DNA of 64,000 nucleotides, taken from positions 163 to 64,162 of the forward strand of contig JAJRUS010000092.1 in the NCBI GenBank assembly GCA_024277675.1, read 5' to 3'. The first letter of the stretch is position 1. Each line of letters begins with the position of its first letter. A model generated the notes under the pieces. That model was given only the letters and a program-made list of their open reading frames with translations. It was not told the origin of the DNA and did no database searches. Shown here piece after piece: positions 1 through 8,952 of the stretch. Made by a program: the position numbers and the translations under genes. Origin of the DNA: a bacterium (GTDB lineage Bacteria > SZUA-182 > SZUA-191 > JAJRXT01).

Positions 1-90
1 CATTTTTTCGGTCATTTGAGGCGAATAGCGTGTTTATTTAACGAAAATGCGCGGGAAAATAGATATGTTTATCACTTTACGCAGTAGAAT

Positions 91-115
91 CATCTAAAGT
101 CCGACAGACTCCTAG
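91..115 (-). repeat. Copy 1 of a conserved ~25-nt intercistronic motif (minus strand reads tAGGAGtcTGTCGGACTTTAGATG), overlapping the stop codon of the 112..939 ORF and followed by an 18-codon mini-ORF
   Basis: A 17-nt core TGTCGGACTTTAGAT(+) is shared with 3630..3653 and 23962..23986 and is preceded by an SD-like AGGAG. It was found by direct sequence comparison. Confidence 0.5.
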
Positions 116-939
116 CGTATCCGCTTACAGAAATGCCAACCTAACTTGTGAGCATTAAGCACACACTGTACACACTCCGGCAGTTCAAATGTACGCACTG
201 ATATAATTTCATCTTTCTCCCAGCCGATGCCGAAGTGTATATGTGGCAAACAAATACTACCACACTGAACTTCCCGGCCATAAACCCGGGAACTGGTTTT
301 CAGCAAACCGGGAAAAACCCTTTTATGCTTGATAGTCTTCAAGTGGGGGGGGATTTCAGCCCCATGCGGCAGAATCAATTTTATTTTTTTATTCTGCAGG
401 ACGTTCGAGAACGAGCTTACCATTTCCGGCGGAACATTGGTAAATAAAGCCCAGTCAACCTGCCGCAGATGCCCTTCTATCTCATTAACGGCTTGGGATG
501 TTGCCAGTACCGAACCGAATATCAGATTATTCCGGGTAGCCTTATCATACAGATTTAAGCGGTGGGAACAAGCCAGACACTTACTCACGGTAAGGGCGCT
601 AATGTCATATATTTCGTTATCTTGCCAGATAATATCAAATATTATGTTGGCTAACCTGATGCAGCCTACCGTCATAATCTGTCCATGATAAGTGGCCTTT
701 ATGCGGTTTTTTATACCGGCCAAATAGGGGCGGAGATCTTTGGCTATTTTTGTCTTAGGGGGTAAATAGATAGTAATTTCCTTGTTAGCCAGATAGGGGG
801 TTATTTCGTTTAACAGGCTGGGCGGAGGATCATAAATTTTAACCGAATAAGCGTCATTGATATACTCTTTAATGACTTCAATGCCTTTTGCTAAGGCATA
901 AGTTTCTCCGGCTTTAAGATGAACGATATTTTGCAACAT
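112..939 (-). CDS. hypothetical protein (275 aa) with C-terminal Cys/His cluster
   Basis: This is a long ORF on the same strand as upstream msbA, with no recognisable family motifs. It contains a C8 (G8 on plus strand) homopolymer at 345..352. Confidence 0.45.
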   Translation of the reverse strand: MLQNIVHLKAGETYALAKGIEVIKEYINDAYSVKIYDPPPSLLNEITPYLANKEITIYLPPKTKIAKDLRPYLAGIKNRIKATYHGQIMTVGCIRLANIIFDIIWQDNEIYDISALTVSKCLACSHRLNLYDKATRNNLIFGSVLATSQAVNEIEGHLRQVDWALFTNVPPEMVSSFSNVLQNKKIKLILPHGAEIPPHLKTIKHKRVFPGLLKTSSRVYGREVQCGSICLPHIHFGIGWEKDEIISVRTFELPECVQCVLNAHKLGWHFCKRIR

Positions 940-1005
940 TAGCTGAAGTCTTCTTTTTTAAAATATCCAATCAACCGGGTAGTCATTTGGCCTTTAGGCT
1001 AAGCG

Positions 1006-2757
1006 CTACTCCTGTTTCCTGAATTGCAGATCATATAAGCGCCGGTAAACCCCGCCCATCTTCATCAACTCCCGGTGGGTGCCCTGTTGGGCAATTCGGC
1101 CGTTGTCTATAGCTACAATCAGGTCAGCATGCATGATAGTAGATAACCGATGGGCAATTACCAGGGTGGTCCGGCCGTGCATCAGCTTTTCTAATGCCTG
1201 TTGAACCAGCTTTTCTGATTCAGAGTCCAGCTCTGAGGTGGCCTCATCCAGAATCAGTATTCCGGGGTCTTTTAATATGGCTCTGGCAATGGTAATTCTC
1301 TTGCGCTGACCGCCGGATATTTTCACTCCCCGCTCGCCGATAACAGTGTCATAGCCCTGGGGCATTTCTATAATAAAATCATGCGCATAAGCTGATTTGG
1401 CGGCCTGGATAATCTCTGCCGGGGAAGCATCCAGGCCGCCATAGGCGATATTATTGGTTACGGTATCGTTGAACAGAATAGTTTCCTGGGTAACCATGCC
1501 AATCTGGGAACGCAATGACTTCAATTTTACATCCCGCACATCGTAGCCGTCTATGAGCAAAGCCCCGGCAGTTACATCATAAAAACGGGGGATCATATCT
1601 GCCAGCGTTGATTTACCGGCGCCGCTCAAACCCACCAGGGCCACCAGTTGGCCCTTTTTAATCGTGAGGTTAATATCCTTTAGCACTGAATCATGACCGT
1701 TATAGCTAAAATACACTCCTTTAAATTCAATGTGTTGATTGAAAGGGGGAAGCTCAATAGCGGATTCTTTATCGGTTATTTCCAGCGGGGTGTCCAATAT
1801 ATCAAACACCCTTTCAGTAGCCGCCATAGAGTCCTGAAATACGTTATGCATCTTACTCAACTTGCGGATGGGGGCGTATAGCATGGCTACTGCTGCAATA
1901 AAAGAGAAAAATGTACCGGTGGTAGTATTGTCCCGGATTACCTGCATCCCCCCGTACCAGATAACCACCGCCAGGCCGATGGCGCCTAAAAATTCCATCA
2001 ATGGCGATAAAAGCTCATCTGCCGCCACGCCCTTCATTTTGATTTTATATAATTTCTGGTTCTCGTGATTGAAGCGCTGACTTTCATAATCTTCCATGCC
2101 GAAGGCTTTAACTATTTTGGTGCCGGTGAAGCTTTCCTGCAGAATAATGTTTAATTCAGCCAACTTTTCCTGATCGCGCCGGCTGACCTTTCGCAGTCGT
2201 TTACCTATCGCTTTAATGGGCCAAATTACTACCGGTAATACCAAACAATAAATAAGGGCTAAACGCCATTCGCGATAGAAAACCACTCCCAACAGAACAA
2301 TTACGGTAAATATCTGGCGGAAGAAATCGGCGATAACCTGTGAGGAAATGCGCGCCAATTTAGTCACGTCATTGGTGATGCGGGACATAAGCACGGCGGA
2401 GGGAGTGCGGTGAAAAAAAGACAGCGACATCAACTGGATATGTTCATATAGCTTGTTTCGCAATTGCATGATTACTCGTTGTCCCACTGAACGCATCAGG
2501 TAGGATTGGCCGAAGCGGGAAACCCCTTTAACCAGATACAGCAGCAACAAACCTAACGGGATTAATCTAAGTAACTCCGCATTCTTGTTCACGAAAATAT
2601 CATCCATAATGGGCTTTACCATCCAGGCCAGGGTTCCATCCGCCGCCGAAACCAGTAAAGCCAGTAACAGAGAGAAAGAAATCAAGCCCAAGTACGGTTT
2701 TATATAAACAAACAACCGCTTGTACAACAATATATCTTTTGAGGTTTCTGTTTTCAT
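1006..2757 (-). CDS. msbA: ABC exporter, fused permease/ATPase (MsbA-like lipid A/lipid flippase family)
   Basis: It has an N-terminal six-helix TMD, then Walker A (GLSGAGKST), the ABC signature (LSGGQRKRI) and Walker B (ILILDEATS). Its size and architecture are typical of MsbA. Confidence 0.8.
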   Translation of the reverse strand: MKTETSKDILLYKRLFVYIKPYLGLISFSLLLALLVSAADGTLAWMVKPIMDDIFVNKNAELLRLIPLGLLLLYLVKGVSRFGQSYLMRSVGQRVIMQLRNKLYEHIQLMSLSFFHRTPSAVLMSRITNDVTKLARISSQVIADFFRQIFTVIVLLGVVFYREWRLALIYCLVLPVVIWPIKAIGKRLRKVSRRDQEKLAELNIILQESFTGTKIVKAFGMEDYESQRFNHENQKLYKIKMKGVAADELLSPLMEFLGAIGLAVVIWYGGMQVIRDNTTTGTFFSFIAAVAMLYAPIRKLSKMHNVFQDSMAATERVFDILDTPLEITDKESAIELPPFNQHIEFKGVYFSYNGHDSVLKDINLTIKKGQLVALVGLSGAGKSTLADMIPRFYDVTAGALLIDGYDVRDVKLKSLRSQIGMVTQETILFNDTVTNNIAYGGLDASPAEIIQAAKSAYAHDFIIEMPQGYDTVIGERGVKISGGQRKRITIARAILKDPGILILDEATSELDSESEKLVQQALEKLMHGRTTLVIAHRLSTIMHADLIVAIDNGRIAQQGTHRELMKMGGVYRRLYDLQFRKQE

Positions 2758-2783
2758 GATGTTTGTAGAATATGTTTTAAAAA

Positions 2784-3632
2784 TTAATCCTTAGCTGATA
2801 TTCCCGGTTGATCGATTACTATGATCACCCGGCATTTATACAAAAAATCATGTCGCTTAGCGGCTCGATTAATACGGTCGGCATCCTGATTGCTGATAAT
2901 TAAATCGGTATTGGTGTCAGCGTCGACGTCTAATACCTTAATTACAATAGGATTATCAGCTGCCCGCTTAGCTGCTTCAGCTAATGCCATATCCGGCATG
3001 TAGGTTGCCAGGCCGCGCTTCACCATATAGCTGCGGCTTACACTCCCGGGACCATATATTAAGCGTCCGTCCCGGCTTAAGATTTGTGGGTTAATAGCCG
3101 GCATTACCCTGAACCCCCTTGCATCCAACACTAAGCCGGTAATTTCCCTCATAAACATCGGTCCGTTGGGGCCGGGATTACCGGCCGGCCGGCCAAATAT
3201 TTTTGGTGGACGGCTGACATTATTAATCGGTTGGACGGCTAACAGCGCCTCGACAAAAGCCCCGGTTAATGAAAACCTCAGCTTGACCGCAGACTGCCCG
3301 CCAGCCAAATCAGGCGACTCAATAGTTTTTGCTTTTAAAATAAGTTGCTGTAGCTGCGTTTTGAGGTGGCCGCTGCGAGAGATTAACTCCCCCACCCGTT
3401 GCCGGCTATTCAATCTCAGGCCGGCTATTATTTTCCATAAATTTTGCTGAGCCGTCTCCAGGTTTGGCCCTTGACCGGTCAGGGTTTCCTGGCTCCAGTT
3501 GATGTCGCCATAGTCGGTGGCTTGAATTAAATTGGGTCCTCCGGCCCAGGCCGCGCTGACTGACAGCATAATAATAAGCGCCGCGCTGGCGGCCGGCAAT
3601 GAATTATTTATACAACTTTTGGTAAACCTCAT
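2784..3632 (-). CDS. secreted hypothetical protein (282 aa, signal peptide)
   Basis: The N-terminal hydrophobic signal (AASAALIIMLSVSAAWA) has no family assignment. Its start codon is embedded in conserved-motif copy 2. Confidence 0.5.
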   Translation of the reverse strand: MRFTKSCINNSLPAASAALIIMLSVSAAWAGGPNLIQATDYGDINWSQETLTGQGPNLETAQQNLWKIIAGLRLNSRQRVGELISRSGHLKTQLQQLILKAKTIESPDLAGGQSAVKLRFSLTGAFVEALLAVQPINNVSRPPKIFGRPAGNPGPNGPMFMREITGLVLDARGFRVMPAINPQILSRDGRLIYGPGSVSRSYMVKRGLATYMPDMALAEAAKRAADNPIVIKVLDVDADTNTDLIISNQDADRINRAAKRHDFLYKCRVIIVIDQPGISAKD

Positions 3633-3653
3633 CTAAAGTCCGACAAGCCTCCT
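3630..3653 (-). repeat. Copy 2 of the conserved intercistronic motif (minus strand AGGAGGcTTGTCGGACTTTAGATG; the ATG is the start codon of the 2784..3632 gene)
   Basis: It sits in the 27-nt gap between the plsC stop and the next gene's start. The core is identical to copies at 91..115 and 23962..23986. Confidence 0.5.
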
Positions 3654-3659
3654 GAAGGG

Positions 3660-4376
3660 TTACAGGTGATCAATTATCTTTTGCCTGACTTGCTCCGGCA
3701 GTTGCTGTCGGGCTTCACGGTCCAGGCCGGTTACCTCAATAGGTTTATGGATGACCATTCTTATCGGGTGGGGAGAGATCAGCCAACTCCCTCTTCGCAT
3801 AATATCAAAGCTGCCATTAATCGAGATGGGTATAATCGGGACTCCTGACCTGTAAGCCAGCATAAAGCCCCCCCGTTTAAACCTGCCCACCTTACCATTC
3901 CGGCTGCGGGTTCCTTCAGGAAAGATGATAATCGATTTACCATCCCGAAGCAACGCCAGCACTTTTTTCATATCCTGCAAAGCTTTATGTGGATGATGGC
4001 GATCTATTCCCACATAGCCACCCCTTTTCATGGCTTGTCCCATAAGCGGAATACGAAACAGCTCCTTTTTCATCACCCAGCGAAACGGAATGGGCAGCCA
4101 CCCCATCAATGCCCAAATGTCAAAGCTCCCCTGATGATTGGCAACTATTAGTTGTGCCCTGCGGTGATCGATATTTTCCAGCCCCTGGACCTCGACCCGG
4201 ACGCCGCTCAGCCACAGTACAAACCGGCCCCATACCCGGGTATAGCTATGAACGTCATCCGCTGGTACGTTAAGCAGCAAAGCCACCAAACACGCCAGGC
4301 TACAGACCACCATTCCAAGCGAACCTAATCCCCAGGCCAGCAGGCTGCGCAGGTAAGCTTTTTGCGGTTGGCTCAT
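3660..4376 (-). CDS. plsC: 1-acyl-sn-glycerol-3-phosphate acyltransferase
   Basis: It carries the acyltransferase motifs NHQGSFD (HX4D-type block) and FPEGTRS, on an N-terminal membrane anchor. Confidence 0.8.
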   Translation of the reverse strand: MSQPQKAYLRSLLAWGLGSLGMVVCSLACLVALLLNVPADDVHSYTRVWGRFVLWLSGVRVEVQGLENIDHRRAQLIVANHQGSFDIWALMGWLPIPFRWVMKKELFRIPLMGQAMKRGGYVGIDRHHPHKALQDMKKVLALLRDGKSIIIFPEGTRSRNGKVGRFKRGGFMLAYRSGVPIIPISINGSFDIMRRGSWLISPHPIRMVIHKPIEVTGLDREARQQLPEQVRQKIIDHL

Positions 4377-4522
4377 TTATAGTAAATCCCAGGCCGAGAG
4401 TCGATTGCCATAGCTGATTTTATCTTAACTTCAGATGATAACAGACATAATCACTAAGTGTCAAGCCGCCGGAGGGCACTCTTTAAAGCAATAAATCATG
4501 TAATATCAGCAGGTTGTTTAAC

Positions 4523-4536
4523 AATCAAGCTTGATT
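4523..4536. promoter_or_regulatory. perfect 14-bp palindrome AATCAAGCTTGATT in the divergent plsC / NosR-like promoter region (candidate operator)
   Basis: It is exactly self-complementary, lies immediately upstream of a TTGCAT-N17-TATAAT promoter, and is followed by a T-run. Confidence 0.4.
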
Positions 4537-4541
4537 TTTTG

Positions 4542-4570
4542 TTGCATCTTTAAGTGGGGCTGATTATAAT
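4542..4570 (+). promoter_or_regulatory. sigma70-like promoter TTGCAT-N17-TATAAT upstream of the NosR-like gene
   Basis: The -35 TTGCAT at 4542..4547 and -10 TATAAT at 4565..4570 are separated by a 17-nt spacer and lie about 50 nt before the ATG at 4619. Confidence 0.45.
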
Positions 4571-4618
4571 CGATTTTAAGGTTGTCCGGTTAACCAAAAC
4601 AGTATGAATTAAAATATT

Positions 4619-5947
4619 ATGAAAAAGTATCTTAAGCTGGCCATAATTATCAGCCTGGTGTCGGCAGGCGGGATTCATATAGTGCGGCGCCTGGCTCCCG
4701 ATGAAGATAAGCAGCGGGAGCAAGCAGCCTTAAAGCGGTTGTTTCCCCAAGTACAATCCTTCACCGAAAAAACGGGTCAGCCCCCCTGTTATGAAGGCTA
4801 TATTATAAATGACCAGGCGCAGAAAGAGCTGAAAGGTTTGTGTTTTTTGACTACCGATGTGGCGCCGGAGGTTAAGGGTTATGCCGGGCCAATTAAGCTT
4901 ATGCTGGGGATGGATACTAAGGGTATTCTCACCGGCATAGAAATTATAAAGCATCACGAAACCCCATCCTATGTGTGGGGAATCGAGGAACCCTGGTTTA
5001 AGGAACAGTTTAAGGGAAAGTCGGTTTATGATGCCTTCCGGTTGGGTGAAGATATTGACGGAATCAGCCGGGCGACAGTTACCGTAAGCGCTATCGCCGA
5101 GGGGGTGAGAAAAAGTGCGGTACGAATCGGACGGGAACGGTTGGGGCTTGAGATAGCTGAGACGGAAGAAAATCCCTGGCTGTCGGTTGACTATCTTCCC
5201 TTGATATATTTGAGCGGATTACTGGGTATGGCGCTGGCAAGCTTGCTGCTTAAAACACAATCCTGGCGCATTGTAAGCCTGGGGACTGCGATTGTCCTGG
5301 TCGGCTTTTATCACACCGACCCGCTCTCCAGTGTAAACCTGATAAATATCCTGACCTATCGGCTGCCCGGTCTGGCCCGGAATCCTTTTTGGTATATACT
5401 GGCAGGCTTCGCCATCCTGAGTTGCCTGCTTTGGGGGCGGGTATATTGCGGTTTTATCTGCCCCTTCGGGGCGGTGTTGGAGTTGCTGGAAATAGTGAAA
5501 GCCTATCGGCTCAAGCTCAGCCAACGCCTGGAACAGCGGGCGAAGTACATAAAATATATTATATTGTGGCTGATAGTGGTGGCTGCTTTGGTGTTAAATA
5601 ATGCCAATGTCGGCGATTATGAGCCTTTCAGCGCCCTGTTTACTCAAGCCGGGAATTGGCTGGATTGGAGTTTGTTGGCGTTAGCCATCGGGGGATCGCT
5701 TTTTATCCCGCGCTTTTTCTGTCGTTATCTGTGTGGGGTAGGGCTGGGACTGGGGTTGATTTCCAAATATAGCTTAAAACAACTTGAAATTAAAGAAAAC
5801 TGCCGTAAATGTCAAAATTGTAAATCAGCCTGTCCCTATGGGGCAATAGAAGTTCAACCCGGGGGCGCATTGAATATCAATCCGGTGGAATGTATCCAGT
5901 GCCATATCTGCCTGAATAACTGCCCGCAGGGAAATATTGGACGCTGA
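4619..5947 (+). CDS. NosR/NirI(NapH)-family membrane protein: periplasmic FMN-binding domain, polytopic membrane core with CX3CP motifs, C-terminal 2x[4Fe-4S] ferredoxin
   Basis: It has an N-terminal signal/TM and FMN-bind-like region. Membrane-embedded CGFICPFG and CRYLCGVG motifs are followed by C-terminal CRKCQNCKSACP and CIQCHICLNNCP clusters. Confidence 0.7.
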   Translation: MKKYLKLAIIISLVSAGGIHIVRRLAPDEDKQREQAALKRLFPQVQSFTEKTGQPPCYEGYIINDQAQKELKGLCFLTTDVAPEVKGYAGPIKLMLGMDTKGILTGIEIIKHHETPSYVWGIEEPWFKEQFKGKSVYDAFRLGEDIDGISRATVTVSAIAEGVRKSAVRIGRERLGLEIAETEENPWLSVDYLPLIYLSGLLGMALASLLLKTQSWRIVSLGTAIVLVGFYHTDPLSSVNLINILTYRLPGLARNPFWYILAGFAILSCLLWGRVYCGFICPFGAVLELLEIVKAYRLKLSQRLEQRAKYIKYIILWLIVVAALVLNNANVGDYEPFSALFTQAGNWLDWSLLALAIGGSLFIPRFFCRYLCGVGLGLGLISKYSLKQLEIKENCRKCQNCKSACPYGAIEVQPGGALNINPVECIQCHICLNNCPQGNIGR

Positions 5948-5968
5948 CCCCGACCGGTCGGGGTTTTT
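5948..5968 (+). terminator. intrinsic terminator (16-nt palindrome CCCCGACCGGTCGGGG + T5) immediately after the NosR-like stop
   Basis: A perfect GC-rich palindrome at 5948..5963 is followed by TTTTT. Confidence 0.6.
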
Positions 5969-6005
5969 AAGCGGCAAATTTTTGTTTGATTAAAGATAAT
6001 GACCA

Positions 6006-6278
6006 ATGAAACTTAACATATTTAAATCTGATCTCAAGCGGGATGATTTGATTTTTGTGGCAGTCTTGCTGCTGGCGGTATGCCTGGTGGGGTTTATTAT
6101 AAGCGGCAATATCTATGATTCGCTATATCCGCCATTATTTTCCGGACCGGTAATTGATGTGGAACAGGTATTAAAGCGAATTGATAAGTCGGGGCTGAAA
6201 CCTGTCGAGGCGCGTTATTACCGGGTAATAGAAAGGGATCGTCAGGGAAATATCAGGGAGATAAGTAGAGCCAGGTAA
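6006..6278 (+). CDS. small single-pass membrane protein (90 aa), hypothetical
   Basis: The ORF has one hydrophobic helix (LIFVAVLLLAVCLVGFII) and lies between the NosR-like and cytochrome genes. Confidence 0.4.
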   Translation: MKLNIFKSDLKRDDLIFVAVLLLAVCLVGFIISGNIYDSLYPPLFSGPVIDVEQVLKRIDKSGLKPVEARYYRVIERDRQGNIREISRAR

Positions 6279-6353
6279 ATATGGTGCGGGGTGTAATTGC
6301 CCTTAAATTTTTTTGAATCGAGATAATCTTTGTGTTAAGATACTTTTTGTTGT

Positions 6354-7406
6354 ATGAAAATGAATCCTTTTTTATGGAAAGCCAAGGTTAGCTGTATGCT
6401 TCGGAAAAGAACAGGAATAATATTTTTAGCCGCTGGTTTGCTAATTATCGGGAGCTGTGCCGGCTTCATGGTTCGCCGGGATAAGCTGCCGCAGATAGAG
6501 GGGTCCCGGTATGCAGGTACGCAAACATGTATCCAGGAAAAATGTCATCCGAAGCGTATGGCAGATATTAAGGATAGCGCACATAAGCAACTGTTTGAGC
6601 ATGACCAGCCGGACAAACCGGCCTGTGAGTTGTGTCATGGCAAGGGCAGCCTGCACCTGACAGCTACCGGCAATCCTGATTTAATTTTGATTTATAAAAA
6701 TATGGCCCCTGGACAGGCCTCGGAAGTATGCCTTACTTGCCATGCAACCGGCGCTACCAGAGAATGGTATAAATCCGCTCATTATCAGCACGATGTTTCT
6801 TGCAATGAATGCCATCTTTCCCACGGTTCAAGCGATAAGCAACTTTTAAAAGCTCCGGATCCGGCAATCTGCTTTAAATGTCATGCCGAGGTGCAACAAA
6901 AATTCAAGCTGGCCTCAACTCATCAGTTCAAAGACCAGGGGTTTAGTTGTGCGAAATGTCATGGTCCCCATGAACAACGCGACACCAGCGGGAAGCAGGA
7001 TATTAGAGTAAATGCCTGCCTGACCTGTCACAAAAAATATGCCGCCGAATTTAAATATCCACATGAAGGAGTAAAAGAAAATTGCCTTGAATGCCATGTG
7101 GCTCATGGTTCGGAATATCCTGGGCTAATTAAAGCCGACATCAAAACCCTGTGTGAATCATGCCATACTGTAGGCCACCGTACCCTGTTTATTTCCCGCT
7201 CTTTTAATAATGCCGAAAAAGATTTAAAAGCAGGCCGCTGTGTGGTCTGCCATAAAAATGTTCATGGCTCAAACTTCCCTAAATTACTTGATCGGAAGTT
7301 ACAGCGGATGGGACCGCCTTCGGGATTCAGACCGCCGGTTATGGGAGGCGGGGGAATTCGTGAGAAAAACCTCGGAATGCAGCCATCGCAAGAAGAAGGC
7401 TGGTAA
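6354..7406 (+). CDS. multiheme cytochrome c (9 CXXCH + 1 possible CX4CH), probable lipoprotein
   Basis: Nine CXXCH motifs are present: CELCH, CLTCH, CNECH, CFKCH, CAKCH, CLTCH, CLECH, CESCH and CVVCH. CIQEKCH adds a CX4CH. The N-terminus has a signal with a lipobox-like IGSC, and the C-terminus has a Gly-rich tail. Confidence 0.85.
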   Translation: MKMNPFLWKAKVSCMLRKRTGIIFLAAGLLIIGSCAGFMVRRDKLPQIEGSRYAGTQTCIQEKCHPKRMADIKDSAHKQLFEHDQPDKPACELCHGKGSLHLTATGNPDLILIYKNMAPGQASEVCLTCHATGATREWYKSAHYQHDVSCNECHLSHGSSDKQLLKAPDPAICFKCHAEVQQKFKLASTHQFKDQGFSCAKCHGPHEQRDTSGKQDIRVNACLTCHKKYAAEFKYPHEGVKENCLECHVAHGSEYPGLIKADIKTLCESCHTVGHRTLFISRSFNNAEKDLKAGRCVVCHKNVHGSNFPKLLDRKLQRMGPPSGFRPPVMGGGGIREKNLGMQPSQEEGW

Positions 7407-7736
7407 CCCAAACAAATTGAACCGTATTAAACCCGAAGGGCATCTTTCTATGCAAAAGGCGACAGCGCAAGGTGCTGTAAAATAAGGATGTTTTGAAGTG
7501 GGAGAGAAAGCGACAGCTTAATCCTTTAATGTTGATTGGATAGACCAGACTTTTTTAACTGATTTTGGTCTGTTATTAGGGATTGAGATAAAAAATCCTT
7601 TTTGCGGTGCTTGAAAGGACATTGTTGTTTGAATGATTATTTTATAGTAAGGTAATATTTATTATAACAACAAAGAGGTAGTTATGAAAAAACATACCCA
7701 AGCAAGCCGGGGCTTAGGAGTAGCAGGAAAATAATT

Positions 7737-8240
7737 ATGGACTGTCCTAAATGTAAATTGATTAATCCTGATACCGCACTGAGATGTGATTGTGGTTACA
7801 ATTTTTCAACCCGTCAAATGGAAAATTCATATTGCTACCAGTCAAACCAAGGTATGGCGTCAGTGGGCTTTCGATTTGCTAATTTTATTGTTGATATAAT
7901 TTTGTCAGGCATTGTTTATTATTTAATATTATCAGAAGAGCCGTCATTATTTATGTTTTATCTGTTTTGTTACTATGGTTTTTTTGAATCTGTTTTCCAG
8001 AGAACTCCAGCAAAATTTATTACTGGCACTAAAGTTTTAATGCTAGATGGCACAAAACCAAATTTTAATACGATTGCCGCAAGAACAGTGTCAAGATTTG
8101 TGCCGTTTGAACCATTATCGGGAAACAAAGGTACTTGGTGGCACGACCGTTGGACTCAAACGCTAGTAGTTAGAACCGGAACATTTAAACCATTCAAGCG
8201 GGCAGGAGCTAAGGAGGAGGAATGTCCTCAAAAACATTAG
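7737..8240 (+). CDS. zinc-ribbon + RDD-family membrane protein
   Basis: An N-terminal CPKC...CDCG zinc ribbon is followed by hydrophobic helices and an RDD-like block (QRTPAKFITGTKVLMLDG). The gene is AT-rich and is preceded by a 16-codon uORF with a strong RBS. Confidence 0.5.
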   Translation: MDCPKCKLINPDTALRCDCGYNFSTRQMENSYCYQSNQGMASVGFRFANFIVDIILSGIVYYLILSEEPSLFMFYLFCYYGFFESVFQRTPAKFITGTKVLMLDGTKPNFNTIAARTVSRFVPFEPLSGNKGTWWHDRWTQTLVVRTGTFKPFKRAGAKEEECPQKH

Positions 8241-8301
8241 TTTTTTAGGACACCAGAATTGAAAATAAAAACCTCTTTTTTTGGGGCAGGGAGACATGCC
8301 T

Positions 8302-8832
8302 TCATTTTTTTCCAAAAACAATCCAAAGCAGACAACCGGTTCCAACTCCTATTATTCCACCAATAGCACCCAAAATCCCATTTAATAAACGAGAATATCC
8401 CATAAAAAAATCCGCAACTGAAATTCCAATAACTAAACCCAAAAAAATAGTGGTTCTTTCTGCCTTAACGTCTTTTGTAAAAACATTATTGATGTCAAAC
8501 GGAATGTCAAAAAAGCACCCTAATTTAAATTTTATTTTTTTAAATAAACCTTCATGCTTTGGTTGGGCAAACAATCTGTCTATAACATCTTTTCTAAGCT
8601 CGTCATCACTCTTATGCTCATTCCCTTTAAGATGCCGGGCAAGTTCTACCACGGGGTCTCCATTTCCTTTCTGTGCTGGAAGTGCTATGCCTCGCTCCAT
8701 CAGCAATTGTTTTATGGCTTCAAACGTTTCTTCTAAATAACCGGCTCTATTTTCTTCCCATATCTTCAGCAATTCTCCGTTGCTTTTTGCTTCCATTACT
8801 TTGCGAATATGTTGAACCCAATTATCATCCAT
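8302..8832 (-). CDS. hypothetical protein with C-terminal double TM helix (176 aa)
   Basis: The ORF has a soluble N-terminal domain and Gly-rich C-terminal helices, and is AT-rich. Confidence 0.4.
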   Translation of the reverse strand: MDDNWVQHIRKVMEAKSNGELLKIWEENRAGYLEETFEAIKQLLMERGIALPAQKGNGDPVVELARHLKGNEHKSDDELRKDVIDRLFAQPKHEGLFKKIKFKLGCFFDIPFDINNVFTKDVKAERTTIFLGLVIGISVADFFMGYSRLLNGILGAIGGIIGVGTGCLLWIVFGKK

Positions 8833-8952
8833 TTCTAAAGGTTTCCTTGTTTTGTTTCCTAGAGCCTATTCTCTACCGTATGCCTGCTTATTCCTAACTG
8901 CTTAGCAGCCCTCCTAATACTAATCCCCTGTTTCCTTAATTCCCAAGCTCCA

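Noticed and set aside
7530-7560. CAGAC...GTCTG inverted repeat after the cytochrome gene
   Set aside because: It has only a 5-bp stem with a 19-nt loop, which is too weak to call a terminator.
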